A DNA stretch of 40,863 nt. Origin: a virus. Its lineage: Duplodnaviria; Caudoviricetes. The notes under the pieces were generated by a model that had not been told where the DNA came from, ran no database searches, and was given only the letters and a program-made list of their open reading frames with translations. Made by a program: the position numbers and the translations under genes. Below, one piece after another: positions 8,333 to 16,511 of this stretch. Within the stretch, counting starts at the first letter, position 1. Every line of letters begins with the position of its first letter. The stretch is from IMG/VR virus record IMGVR_UViG_3300030207_002573, positions 1 to 40,863 of that record. One strand, 5' to 3'.

Positions 8333-8582
8333 AACTGGCAGAAGGCTTTACACTGATGAAAACCCTAGAGATACTGTCAGGATAAAGTATGCTACTCCTG
8401 CTGATGCTAAAGCAACGGTTGCGAAAGTAAAAAAGATAAAAAAACCTTTTGCTAGGAAGATACAGATATTAACTGTATTAGAGCAACGCAGTAAATACGG
8501 AGGTAAACCAAAACAAGCAGCCATAGCAAAAGCAGGAAAAAACCAAATAAGAAAAGCAAGACCTAAAAAGAGGAGTGTATAA
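8280..8582 (+). CDS. Small basic hypothetical protein
   Basis: 'DPRVGTGKKP..GRRLYTDENP' motif; TTG start. Confidence 0.65.
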   Translation: MSRAKRDPRVGTGKKPPKTGRRLYTDENPRDTVRIKYATPADAKATVAKVKKIKKPFARKIQILTVLEQRSKYGGKPKQAAIAKAGKNQIRKARPKKRSV

Positions 8583-8713
8583 TGGCTGTAAAAAAATTAT
8601 CCCCTAAACAAAAGAAAATCGCTAGTAAAGCACCACCAAGAAACCAGATAACTGGTGCAGATTTTAAAAGGTTAGGGATGATGAAACGGAAAAATGGGAA
8701 GAAAAGAGCATGA
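8582..8713 (+). CDS. Small basic protein, 43 aa (absent from ORF track)
   Basis: MAVKKLSPKQKKIASKAPPRNQITGADFKRL...; GAGGAG RBS; TAATG and ATGA coupling on both sides. Confidence 0.65.
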   Translation: MAVKKLSPKQKKIASKAPPRNQITGADFKRLGMMKRKNGKKRA

Positions 8714-8982
8714 TGAATCCAGCAACAGATTATGATGGGGATGGCAAAATTTCTATTGAAGAAGAACAAGCCAGTGATGCCCATGATAAACAAGAAACGC
8801 AGAGGTACATGGCTATTTGCGCTTTTGCATTGATGGTTTGTATTACAATTCTTATGTGTACGCCTATTGTTCCTGAAGCAAGAGTAACTGCATTGAGCGG
8901 ATTAATTAGTTCTATGTACTTTGCTCTTGCTAGTTTGTGCGGTGCGTATATGGGATTTAGCACTTGGGCGAATAAAAAATGA
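8710..8982 (+). CDS. Two-TM membrane protein with EF-hand-like loop, holin-associated
   Basis: DYDGDGKISIEE followed by two hydrophobic helices; immediately precedes the holin. Confidence 0.65.
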   Translation: MMNPATDYDGDGKISIEEEQASDAHDKQETQRYMAICAFALMVCITILMCTPIVPEARVTALSGLISSMYFALASLCGAYMGFSTWANKK

Positions 8983-9380
8983 TAAATTTATTAGGCTCTT
9001 TAGTCCAACCTGTTACAGGACTGCTTGATAAATTTATAGAAGATAAAGATCAAAAGAATAAACTTGCCCATGAAATATCTACAATGGCAGAACGCCATGC
9101 CCAAGAGCTTGCAAAAGGCCAGCTTGAGATAAACAAAGCAGAGGCACAAAGTCGTAATATTTTTGTAGCAGGATGGCGTCCGTTTATCGGCTGGACGTGT
9201 GGCGTAGCAATGGCATATAATTATGTTGTGCATCCGATAATGATTTTTACATTAGCACAATTAGATTATCTTGTTGCGCTACCTGCACTCGATTTAGGTG
9301 AAATGATGCCTGTACTGATGGGGATGTTAGGTTTAGGTGGCCTCAGAAGTTTTGAGAAATACAAGGGGATATCTAAATAA
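8979..9380 (+). CDS. Holin (3TM, GTA-release type)
   Basis: 'EINKAEA...FVAGWRPFIGW...LMGMLGLGGLRSFEK' signature; adjacent to endolysin. Confidence 0.85.
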   Translation: MINLLGSLVQPVTGLLDKFIEDKDQKNKLAHEISTMAERHAQELAKGQLEINKAEAQSRNIFVAGWRPFIGWTCGVAMAYNYVVHPIMIFTLAQLDYLVALPALDLGEMMPVLMGMLGLGGLRSFEKYKGISK

Positions 9381-9829
9381 TGTTTATGTTATCAACAAGA
9401 AGTAATGAGCGATTAGAGGGTGTAAACAGCCTTTTAGTCAAAGTTGTTAAAAAAGCGATTACTGTAACTACAGTTGATTTTGGCGTTATTTGTGGTAGGA
9501 GAACACTTGAAGAGCAACAGTCTTTGTTTGCTAAAGGTGCAACGAAGACTATGAAGTCTAAACATTTGGAAGGTAAAGCAGTTGACCTGATGGCTTATAT
9601 AGACGGACGTGCTTCTTGGGAAATAAATGTTTATGACGAAGTAGCGGATGCGATGGCAGAAGCTGCTCGGGAATGTAATGCCGCTGTCCGTTGGGGCGGT
9701 GCTTGGACTACAGCAAACATAGCTGCATGGGAAGGTACAATGGAAGAAGCAATGATGAATTATATCGATATTCGTAGGGGGGAGGGTAAACGACCATTTA
9801 TAGATGGCCCACATTTTGAGTTAATGTAA
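9380..9829 (+). CDS. Endolysin, peptidase M15 (L-Ala-D-Glu endopeptidase-like)
   Basis: 'GRRT..EQ', 'SKHLEGKAVD', 'RWGGAW', 'DGPHFEL' Zn-peptidase motifs. Confidence 0.9.
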   Translation: MFMLSTRSNERLEGVNSLLVKVVKKAITVTTVDFGVICGRRTLEEQQSLFAKGATKTMKSKHLEGKAVDLMAYIDGRASWEINVYDEVADAMAEAARECNAAVRWGGAWTTANIAAWEGTMEEAMMNYIDIRRGEGKRPFIDGPHFELM

Positions 9830-10023
9830 TGTCAGAGCTTTACATATACGAAAAAATGTTGAAAAATATCCGCGAACGGAAAGATGTGGTAGTAGATGCT
9901 ATATGTCATGGCCCTGTACCAGATTTTACTGCATTCAAGGAACTCCGCGCAAAACTCGCGGAACTTGCAATAACAGAACAGGATCTTAGAGACCTGCTAG
10001 AAAAGGTGGAAGATGATGAGTAA
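9829..10023 (+). CDS. Hypothetical protein
   Basis: 64-aa ORF coupled to both neighbours. Confidence 0.65.
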   Translation: MSELYIYEKMLKNIRERKDVVVDAICHGPVPDFTAFKELRAKLAELAITEQDLRDLLEKVEDDE

Positions 10024-10504
10024 AACACTATTGGTCCCCGATCATTATGTGGATAAAAAACCTAAAGAACCCCCAAAAACAAAACAAAAAATAGGTGTGC
10101 TAGAAGAAGCATACGTTCGTGCTGAAGATCGTTTTTTAGACCCTTCAAAAATTACAGATACTGCTATGAGTAGATTGCCAGAACCTACAGGGTGGCGAGT
10201 TTTATTGCTACCGTATCAAGGTAAAAAGCAAACAGATGGTGGCATCTTATTACCAACAGAGGTTAGAGAAAAAGAAGCATTAGGAACTGTTTGTGGTTAC
10301 GTGCTGAAAGTAGGGCCTCTTGCTTATCTAGATGCAGATAAGTTTGGTGAAAACTCAGAGCCTTGGTGCAAAAAAGGCGATTGGGTTATTTTTGGACGGT
10401 ATGCAGGTAGTCGGTTTAAAATAGAAGGAGGTGAGGTTCGTCTTTTAAATGATGATGAAATCTTAGCTCGTATAACTGACCCTGACGATATTTTACATTA
10501 TTAG
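10013..10504 (+). CDS. groES: GroES-like co-chaperonin with N-terminal extension
   Basis: 'PTGWRVLL...TDGGILLP...VLKVGP...GDWVIFGRYAG...RLLNDDEILA'. Confidence 0.9.
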   Translation: MMSKTLLVPDHYVDKKPKEPPKTKQKIGVLEEAYVRAEDRFLDPSKITDTAMSRLPEPTGWRVLLLPYQGKKQTDGGILLPTEVREKEALGTVCGYVLKVGPLAYLDADKFGENSEPWCKKGDWVIFGRYAGSRFKIEGGEVRLLNDDEILARITDPDDILHY

Positions 10505-10517
10505 CACGGAGTGAAAA

Positions 10518-11435
10518 ATGGCAGACGCTGAAGTACAACAAGAAATCGAGTTTGAAGAAGGTGCAGAAGAGGAAAACGTAGAAGTAGACCTCTCGGAGCA
10601 ACAAGATAATGTTGAAGTTGTTGATGAGCAACCAGAACAAAAAGGTACAGACGAACTAGAACAGTATAGTGAGGGCGTACAAAAACGTATAAATAAACTT
10701 ACGGCAAAGATGCGCGAGTCAGAGCGACGTGAAAAAGCAGCACTTGATTTTGCACAAGCAACTAAAAAAGAGCTTGATGATCTTCGCAAAAATGCAAGCA
10801 CTTTAGATAATTCATATGTCTCAGAGTTTGAAAATAGAGTTACGGCTGAAAAAGAGCTTTGGAAAAGTACATTAAAAGAGGCAATCGACCGTGGTGATAT
10901 AGATGCACAGGTAGAGGCACAAGGCAAACTTGGTGAGTTGGGTGTACATTCAGAGCGATTAGCGCAAGTTAAAACGCAAAGAGAGCAAATAGCTCAACAG
11001 CCACAACAGCCACAACAGCCACAACAACTAACTCCATACCAGCAACAGCAGTTAGCAAGTACGCCTCCACCGCCTGACCCTAAAGCAAGTGCATGGGCAT
11101 CAAGGAATGATTGGTTTGGCACAGATGAGCCTATGACATTAACTGCATTTAGTATTCACAAAAAACTTGTAGATAATGAAGGTTACGACCCACAAAGTGA
11201 TGAGTACTACAATGAGGTTGATAAAAGAATGCGAGTTGAATTTCCGCATAAATTTGCAGATGCGACCTCACAAACTCGTACTTCTGGCCCTGCGGTTGCT
11301 AGTGCAAACCGTAATTCTGGTAAATCAAAACAACAAAAAATCAAACTTACAAAATCTGAGGTTGCTATTGCAGATAAACTCGGTGTAAGTTATGAACAAT
11401 ATGCGAGGCAGAAACAACGCCTCCAAACTTCGTGA
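10518..11435 (+). CDS. Putative capsid scaffolding protein
   Basis: Acidic N-terminus, coiled coil, Q/P linker with a 9-bp repeat x3 (10995-11021); position before capsid genes. Confidence 0.65.
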   Translation: MADAEVQQEIEFEEGAEEENVEVDLSEQQDNVEVVDEQPEQKGTDELEQYSEGVQKRINKLTAKMRESERREKAALDFAQATKKELDDLRKNASTLDNSYVSEFENRVTAEKELWKSTLKEAIDRGDIDAQVEAQGKLGELGVHSERLAQVKTQREQIAQQPQQPQQPQQLTPYQQQQLASTPPPPDPKASAWASRNDWFGTDEPMTLTAFSIHKKLVDNEGYDPQSDEYYNEVDKRMRVEFPHKFADATSQTRTSGPAVASANRNSGKSKQQKIKLTKSEVAIADKLGVSYEQYARQKQRLQTS

Positions 11436-11444
11436 GGAACTCTA

Positions 11445-11909
11445 ATGTCTGAAAGAAACCCACGCACTTCCCAAACAAGGGAAAAACAGAGCCGAGCTAA
11501 ACCTTGGCGACCTCCGTCTCAATTAGACGCACCACCAGCCCCAGAAGGCTATCATCATCGTTGGATCCGAGCTTCGGTTATGGGATACGACGATAATAAA
11601 AACCTTTCTGCTCGCCTCCGCGAAGGCTTTGAACTTGTTCGCGCTGATGAGTATCCAGATTTTGAAGCCCCTACAGTCCAAGATGGCAAACATGCCGGAG
11701 TGATTGGGGTAGGCGGTCTGATACTTGCAAGGTTCCCAATTGAAACAAATCGCGAAAGAAACGCATATTTCAAAGAAAAAACTGACGATCAAATGAAAGC
11801 TGTGGATAACGATTTGTTAAGGGAGCAACATCCATCGATGCCTATTAGTAAACCTGATAGGCAGTCTCGTGTAACCTTTGGTGGATCCGAAAAAGGATCC
11901 GATTCTTAA
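11445..11909 (+). CDS. Conserved hypothetical head-module protein
   Basis: 'WRPPSQLDAPPAPEGY..RWIR' motif; GAGGA RBS. Confidence 0.7.
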   Translation: MSERNPRTSQTREKQSRAKPWRPPSQLDAPPAPEGYHHRWIRASVMGYDDNKNLSARLREGFELVRADEYPDFEAPTVQDGKHAGVIGVGGLILARFPIETNRERNAYFKEKTDDQMKAVDNDLLREQHPSMPISKPDRQSRVTFGGSEKGSDS

Positions 11910-11930
11910 TCTTTTATAGGAGAAAAACAC

Positions 11931-12545
11931 ATGGCGAATACAGATTCACCATTTGGGCTTCGTCCACATAACAAGATAGGGTCTACACCGAACGGCAATG
12001 GATTGACGCCTTATAAAGTACAAATTCCTGGAGTAGCAGGTTCATCAAGCGCAATATACCAAGGCGACATGGTGATTCCTCTTACAAACGGTCTTGTAGA
12101 TGTGAGCGCGGCAGACGGTGGTTCGGTAGCGATTCTTGGTGTTATGGGTGGTTGTCAATATACAGCCTTAGACGGAACGCCTACTTTTGATAATAACTAT
12201 CCTGGAACAGCCTCTCTGAAGTCGGGAACAGAAGCAACAGTGTTTGTTTATGACGATCCGATGCAAGTGTATGAAGTGCAGTGTGATGCTTCGCTAACTA
12301 ATTTAGCAACAGCTACCGCACTAATTCATTCAAATGCGGAAGGTGTCAACTTCGGTTCTACTACAGGAAGTGCAGGTATATCTATTGGTGAGCTTTCAGT
12401 CGCAACAGCAGGTGCGACTACTGCAACTGATAATTTCAGGATTGTCGGGTTTAAAGATGTCGAAGGGATTGATTACACCGCAGCTGGTGTTATCGCCTTA
12501 GTCAAATTAAATCTCCCATTCCATACTTCTACATCTGGCATATAA
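11931..12545 (+). CDS. Putative capsid decoration / minor head protein
   Basis: 'MANTDSPFGLRP' start; G/A/T-rich beta-type composition; immediately before the major capsid gene. Confidence 0.6.
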   Translation: MANTDSPFGLRPHNKIGSTPNGNGLTPYKVQIPGVAGSSSAIYQGDMVIPLTNGLVDVSAADGGSVAILGVMGGCQYTALDGTPTFDNNYPGTASLKSGTEATVFVYDDPMQVYEVQCDASLTNLATATALIHSNAEGVNFGSTTGSAGISIGELSVATAGATTATDNFRIVGFKDVEGIDYTAAGVIALVKLNLPFHTSTSGI

Positions 12546-12557
12546 GGAGGATATGAT

Positions 12558-13469
12558 ATGGCTATAGCAAGGTCGCAACTCCTTAAAGAACTTGAGCCAG
12601 GACTCAATGCGCTTTTTGGATTGGAATACGATCGGTATGATAATGAACATGCCGAAATTTACGAAACGGAATCTTCAGACAGAGCGTTTGAAGAAGAGGT
12701 AATGTTATCAGGGTTTGGTAGCGCACCAGTAAAAGGTGAAGGACAAGCAGTTTCATTTGATACTGCTAACGAAGCCTATACTGCTCGTTACACCCATGAA
12801 ACAATCGCTCTTGCGTTTGCGATTACTGAAGAAGCAGTAGAGGATAACCTCTATGACAGACTCAGCTCTCGTTACACTAGAGCATTAGCTCGTTCCATGG
12901 CAAATACAAAGCAGGTCAAAGCCGCAGCCGTGCTAAACAATGCTTTTGATAGCACTGTTACATACGGAGATGGTAAAGAGCTTTGTGCTACCGACCACCC
13001 CACTGTGGGCGGAGGAAACTTCCGTAATGAGTTAGCAACAGCAGCTGACCTAAACGAAACATCATTAGAGCAGTCATTAATTGATATTTCTGCTTTTATT
13101 GATGAGCGTGGGTTGAAAATTGCTCTGCAAGGCCGTAAGATGATTATTCCACCAGCACTTCAGTTTGTTGCTGAAAGGTTGATGGCTTCTAATCTTCGCC
13201 CTGCCACGTCAGACAATGATATCAACGCTGTCCGTAATATGGGTATGCTCCCAGAGGGTTATGTGGTCAACCACTTCCTCACCGATACGGATGCGTTTTT
13301 TATCAAAACAGATGCTCCTAACGGTTTTAAACATTTTGAGCGTAGTGCAATCAGAACATCTATGGAAGGTGATTTTGATACTGGCAATGCTCGGTATAAA
13401 GCCCGTGAAAGATACAGCTTTGGCGTTTCTGACCCAAGGTGTGTATTTGGTTCTCCTGGAGCCGCCTAG
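12558..13469 (+). CDS. Major capsid protein
   Basis: 'MAIARSQLLKELEPGLNALFGLEY...RERYSFGVSDPR' marine phage MCP pattern; strong AAGGAGG RBS; followed by a terminator. Confidence 0.9.
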   Translation: MAIARSQLLKELEPGLNALFGLEYDRYDNEHAEIYETESSDRAFEEEVMLSGFGSAPVKGEGQAVSFDTANEAYTARYTHETIALAFAITEEAVEDNLYDRLSSRYTRALARSMANTKQVKAAAVLNNAFDSTVTYGDGKELCATDHPTVGGGNFRNELATAADLNETSLEQSLIDISAFIDERGLKIALQGRKMIIPPALQFVAERLMASNLRPATSDNDINAVRNMGMLPEGYVVNHFLTDTDAFFIKTDAPNGFKHFERSAIRTSMEGDFDTGNARYKARERYSFGVSDPRCVFGSPGAA

Positions 13470-13473
13470 TATT

Positions 13474-13505
13474 AAAGGGGGGAATAATCCCCCCTTTTTT
13501 CTTTT
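13474..13505 (+). terminator. Rho-independent terminator after the capsid gene
   Basis: AAAGGGGGGA-ataa-TCCCCCCTTT stem followed by T-rich run. Confidence 0.85.
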
Positions 13506-13515
13506 ATTTCTAAAT

Positions 13516-13531
13516 TGTTCCACGTGAAACA
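13516..13531. promoter_or_regulatory. parS: parS consensus site TGTTCCACGTGAAACA
   Basis: 16/16 match to the chromosomal parS consensus TGTTNCACGTGAAACA; intergenic. Confidence 0.75.
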
Positions 13532-13541
13532 TCTTCCCCCC

Positions 13542-13570
13542 TTGTGTTTGGGGGTTTTTTTGTGTACGAT
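13542..13570 (+). promoter_or_regulatory. Putative sigma70 promoter
   Basis: TTGTGT, 17-bp spacer, TACGAT; follows the capsid terminator. Confidence 0.45.
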
Positions 13571-13628
13571 TACTTATCCCTGACAACTGCATTGTGCAGT
13601 TGACACTAGCCAAGACAGGAGACAACAT

Positions 13629-14111
13629 ATGGCTAATTCTACTTTCTCAGGACCAGTGCGTTCTGAAAACGGTTTTTCAGATATAACTAAAAATACAACA
13701 ACAGGTGCTGTCACAAGCACAATGACTCTGCGAACGTATGAGGCAACAATCACTGTTGCTAATGGTGCTACCACAGGTAAAGAGTCTGCTATTGGTATTC
13801 CAGCTAATTTTATCCCAATGGGGGTTACTGTTGCTGTAACCACAGCAGCATCAAACTCTGTAACTTTAAATGATATTGGCACAGATGCTGATACAGATGG
13901 TTACGTAGATGGCATTAGTCCAGCAGTAAACTCAACAGGTTTTAAAGGATTTTTTGGCTGTAATGGTGTTCTCGGTATGTCTGGGTTTACTACTACTGCT
14001 AGTGGTGAAACTCCTGACGAAGTTGAGATAGTTCTTTCTGGTGATCCAGGAGGAGATACAGTAATTGTTTTGAAATTTTTCGGTATCTCTAGCTCCTCTG
14101 ACGCATCGTAA
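13629..14111 (+). CDS. Putative virion structural protein
   Basis: 'MANSTFSGPVRSENGF' start; Thr/Gly-rich; AGGAG RBS. Confidence 0.65.
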   Translation: MANSTFSGPVRSENGFSDITKNTTTGAVTSTMTLRTYEATITVANGATTGKESAIGIPANFIPMGVTVAVTTAASNSVTLNDIGTDADTDGYVDGISPAVNSTGFKGFFGCNGVLGMSGFTTTASGETPDEVEIVLSGDPGGDTVIVLKFFGISSSSDAS

Positions 14112-14123
14112 GGAGAGTTCCGT

Positions 14124-14399
14124 ATGGCAAACTCAGATATACGAGCCAAACGCTTGACAGGCACAGGCGCGGCCTCTACTGGTCGCGCTCGGTTGCGTCA
14201 GGTTCAGGTTTTGGTAGCAGGAACAGCAGGTCGGCTAACTTTTTCTGATGGCAATGGAGGTTCAACCCTTCTTGATTTAGATTTTACGGCAAGTCAAACA
14301 CACTCTGTAAACATTCCAGATGAGGGTGTGCTGTTCACCGACGATATCCATGTTGCTACCGCAACAAACATCACTGCATTGACGATATTCTTTGCGTAG
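14124..14399 (+). CDS. Putative small structural protein
   Basis: AAGGAG RBS; beta-rich 91 aa. Confidence 0.65.
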   Translation: MANSDIRAKRLTGTGAASTGRARLRQVQVLVAGTAGRLTFSDGNGGSTLLDLDFTASQTHSVNIPDEGVLFTDDIHVATATNITALTIFFA

Positions 14400-14407
14400 G
14401 GATTATT

Positions 14408-14692
14408 ATGGCTACAACAAAAGATGTCAAAAGAAGCCCATCTGGTAGGCTTACCTACCGTGGTGTGACTTTTTCGGGATACAATAAACCAAAAAAGACC
14501 CCGAATGGACCAAAAAAATCTGCTGTTTTAGCTAAAAAAGGTAATGAAGTCAAATTAGTGCGGTTTGGTGATCCAAACATGAGTATTAAAAAAGACCAAC
14601 CTGCTAGAAGAAAGTCATTCCGAGCAAGACATAATTGTGACACGGCTAAAGATAAATTTAGTGCGCGATATTGGTCTTGTAAGGCATGGTGA
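14408..14692 (+). CDS. Small basic conserved phage protein
   Basis: 'KLVRFGDPNM...RRKSFRARHNC...ARYWSCKAW' motif. Confidence 0.75.
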   Translation: MATTKDVKRSPSGRLTYRGVTFSGYNKPKKTPNGPKKSAVLAKKGNEVKLVRFGDPNMSIKKDQPARRKSFRARHNCDTAKDKFSARYWSCKAW

Positions 14693-14700
14693 TATAGATC

Positions 14701-14895
14701 ATGGCAATATCGAGGAGTCAAATGTCAAAGCAAATTAGAAAAGTAGGTAGGAAAAAACCTCCTGGACTTTATGCTAATCTCAACGCAAAAAGGAAACGTA
14801 TCGCTGCAGGAAGTGGCGAAAAAATGCGTAAAGCGGGACAAAAGGGTGCTCCTAAAAAAGGTGCATTTGCAGCCATCAGAAGAAGGAGGACATAA
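14701..14895 (+). CDS. Small basic protein
   Basis: 'PGLYANLNAKRKRIAAGSGEKMRK' motif. Confidence 0.65.
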   Translation: MAISRSQMSKQIRKVGRKKPPGLYANLNAKRKRIAAGSGEKMRKAGQKGAPKKGAFAAIRRRRT

Positions 14896-15302
14896 TGGCA
14901 AAAAAACCAGCAAAAAAACCACCCAAGCCTAGAGATGCTAAAGAGGCAAGGTTTCGTAGAGATATGAAAGAGCTAGGTGAAAAAGTACGTAGGGGTGAAG
15001 ACCCCGAAACAGCTGAATATCTACGTAAGCAAGCTAAACGAAATGGGCCTGTGAAAGAAGACACACCACCTAAACCAAAGAAAAAACCAATCAAAAAAAG
15101 AGAGGGCGGAGAAGTGAAAAAACCAAAGAAAATGATGATGGGCGGTAAAGTATCTATGCCTAAGAAAATGAAGCGTGGCGGTAAAGTCTCCATGATGAAA
15201 ATGCGTAATGGTGGCAAGGTTTCCATGCCTAAAAAGATGAGCCGTGGAGGTCGTGTTAAAAAGATGGCTAAAGGCGGTGTAGTCAAAGGTCCTTACAGTT
15301 AA
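14895..15302 (+). CDS. Lys-rich protein with six tandem xxxGG repeats
   Basis: KREGG, MMMGG, MKRGG, MRNGG, MSRGG, MAKGG; AAGGAGG RBS. Confidence 0.7.
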   Translation: MAKKPAKKPPKPRDAKEARFRRDMKELGEKVRRGEDPETAEYLRKQAKRNGPVKEDTPPKPKKKPIKKREGGEVKKPKKMMMGGKVSMPKKMKRGGKVSMMKMRNGGKVSMPKKMSRGGRVKKMAKGGVVKGPYS

Positions 15303-15312
15303 GGTGTAATTT

Positions 15313-16215
15313 ATGGCAGTTTCTGGTTCTACCGATTTTGAACTTGATGTAGCTGAGTACGTCGAAGAAGCATTTGAAAGATGCGGCCTCGAAGTGCGTA
15401 CAGGTTATGATCTTACGAGTGCGCGTAGATCTTTAAATTTACTGTTTGCTGATTGGGCTAACCGTGGTCTTAATAGGTGGACAATAGAGCAGGCTACGTT
15501 ACCTCTAGTCTCAGGTGTGGCTATATACCCTGCTGGAACACTTACTATGACAGTTGCAGCCAGTGGTTCATTTTCGGTAGGAGAAACTATAACAGGTGGT
15601 ACGAGCGGAGCTACGGCAAGTATAACTAGCATCCGCTCTTCTACCGCTATAGATATTACAGTGCCAGAAGGAACTTTTTCAGCATCAGAAACTATAACAG
15701 GTGGTACGAGTTCGGCTACCACCACCGTTTCTTCTGCTATCTCATTAGTGCCAATACAATCTACTATTGATGTATTATCTGCAGTTATTAGGACAGGGAC
15801 TGGTTCCGATCAAACAGATGTTGCTATAAGTAGGATAAGTAGAGATGCTTATATTAATATCTCTAATAAAAACAGCACCTCACGTCCTACACAGTTTTAT
15901 GTAGATAGATTAATTACCCCAGAAATAAAACTCTGGCCTACTCCTAACGACAATACCTACACATTAGTTTACGATAAACTTACTCGTATTGATGATGTAG
16001 ATAACCCACAAAACACAGTAGATGTGCCGTTTAGGTTTTACCCATGTTTATCTGCAGGATTAGCTTATTACATTTCTTTAAAACGTGCGCCACAAAGAAC
16101 ACAACTTTTGAAGGCTGTTTACGAAGAAGAGTTTGAGCGAGCAGCAGCTGAAGATAGAGATAGAGCAAGTTTAAGTTTAACCCCTAGCCGTGATTATTAT
16201 ACGTTTATAAGATGA
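15313..16215 (+). CDS. Putative head-tail adaptor with inserted GETITGGTS repeat domain
   Basis: 'EEAFERCG...ARRSLNLLFADWANRG' N-terminus; position after capsid genes. Confidence 0.6.
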   Translation: MAVSGSTDFELDVAEYVEEAFERCGLEVRTGYDLTSARRSLNLLFADWANRGLNRWTIEQATLPLVSGVAIYPAGTLTMTVAASGSFSVGETITGGTSGATASITSIRSSTAIDITVPEGTFSASETITGGTSSATTTVSSAISLVPIQSTIDVLSAVIRTGTGSDQTDVAISRISRDAYINISNKNSTSRPTQFYVDRLITPEIKLWPTPNDNTYTLVYDKLTRIDDVDNPQNTVDVPFRFYPCLSAGLAYYISLKRAPQRTQLLKAVYEEEFERAAAEDRDRASLSLTPSRDYYTFIR

Positions 16216-16511
16216 AGTATGCTTCTGGAAAATACGCTAGAGCGATTTGTGATAGGTGTGGTTTTGAATACCCATACACCTCATTGCAGAAAGAGTGGAA
16301 TAATTTAAAAGTTTGTCCTGATTGTTTTGAACCCAAACACCCACAATTAGAGCCTCCTCCGCCACCTTTTGAACCAGAGGCATTGTTTGACCCAAGGCCC
16401 GATAGAGCCGAGGGGTTAGATGTTTTTGTAGGGCAAAGAACGTTTCCTGCTTTAGTTACCTCTTCTACTCATGCAATTACTTCTATTGGTAAAGTGGAGG
16501 TTGTCGTTTAA
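16212..16511 (+). CDS. CxxC...CxxC zinc-ribbon protein
   Basis: CDRCG...CPDC; ATGA overlap with upstream gene. Confidence 0.7.
   Translation: MKYASGKYARAICDRCGFEYPYTSLQKEWNNLKVCPDCFEPKHPQLEPPPPPFEPEALFDPRPDRAEGLDVFVGQRTFPALVTSSTHAITSIGKVEVVV

Noticed and set aside
10995-11027. CAACAGCCA tandem repeat
   Set aside because: Ordinary in-frame QQP linker in the scaffold-like protein.
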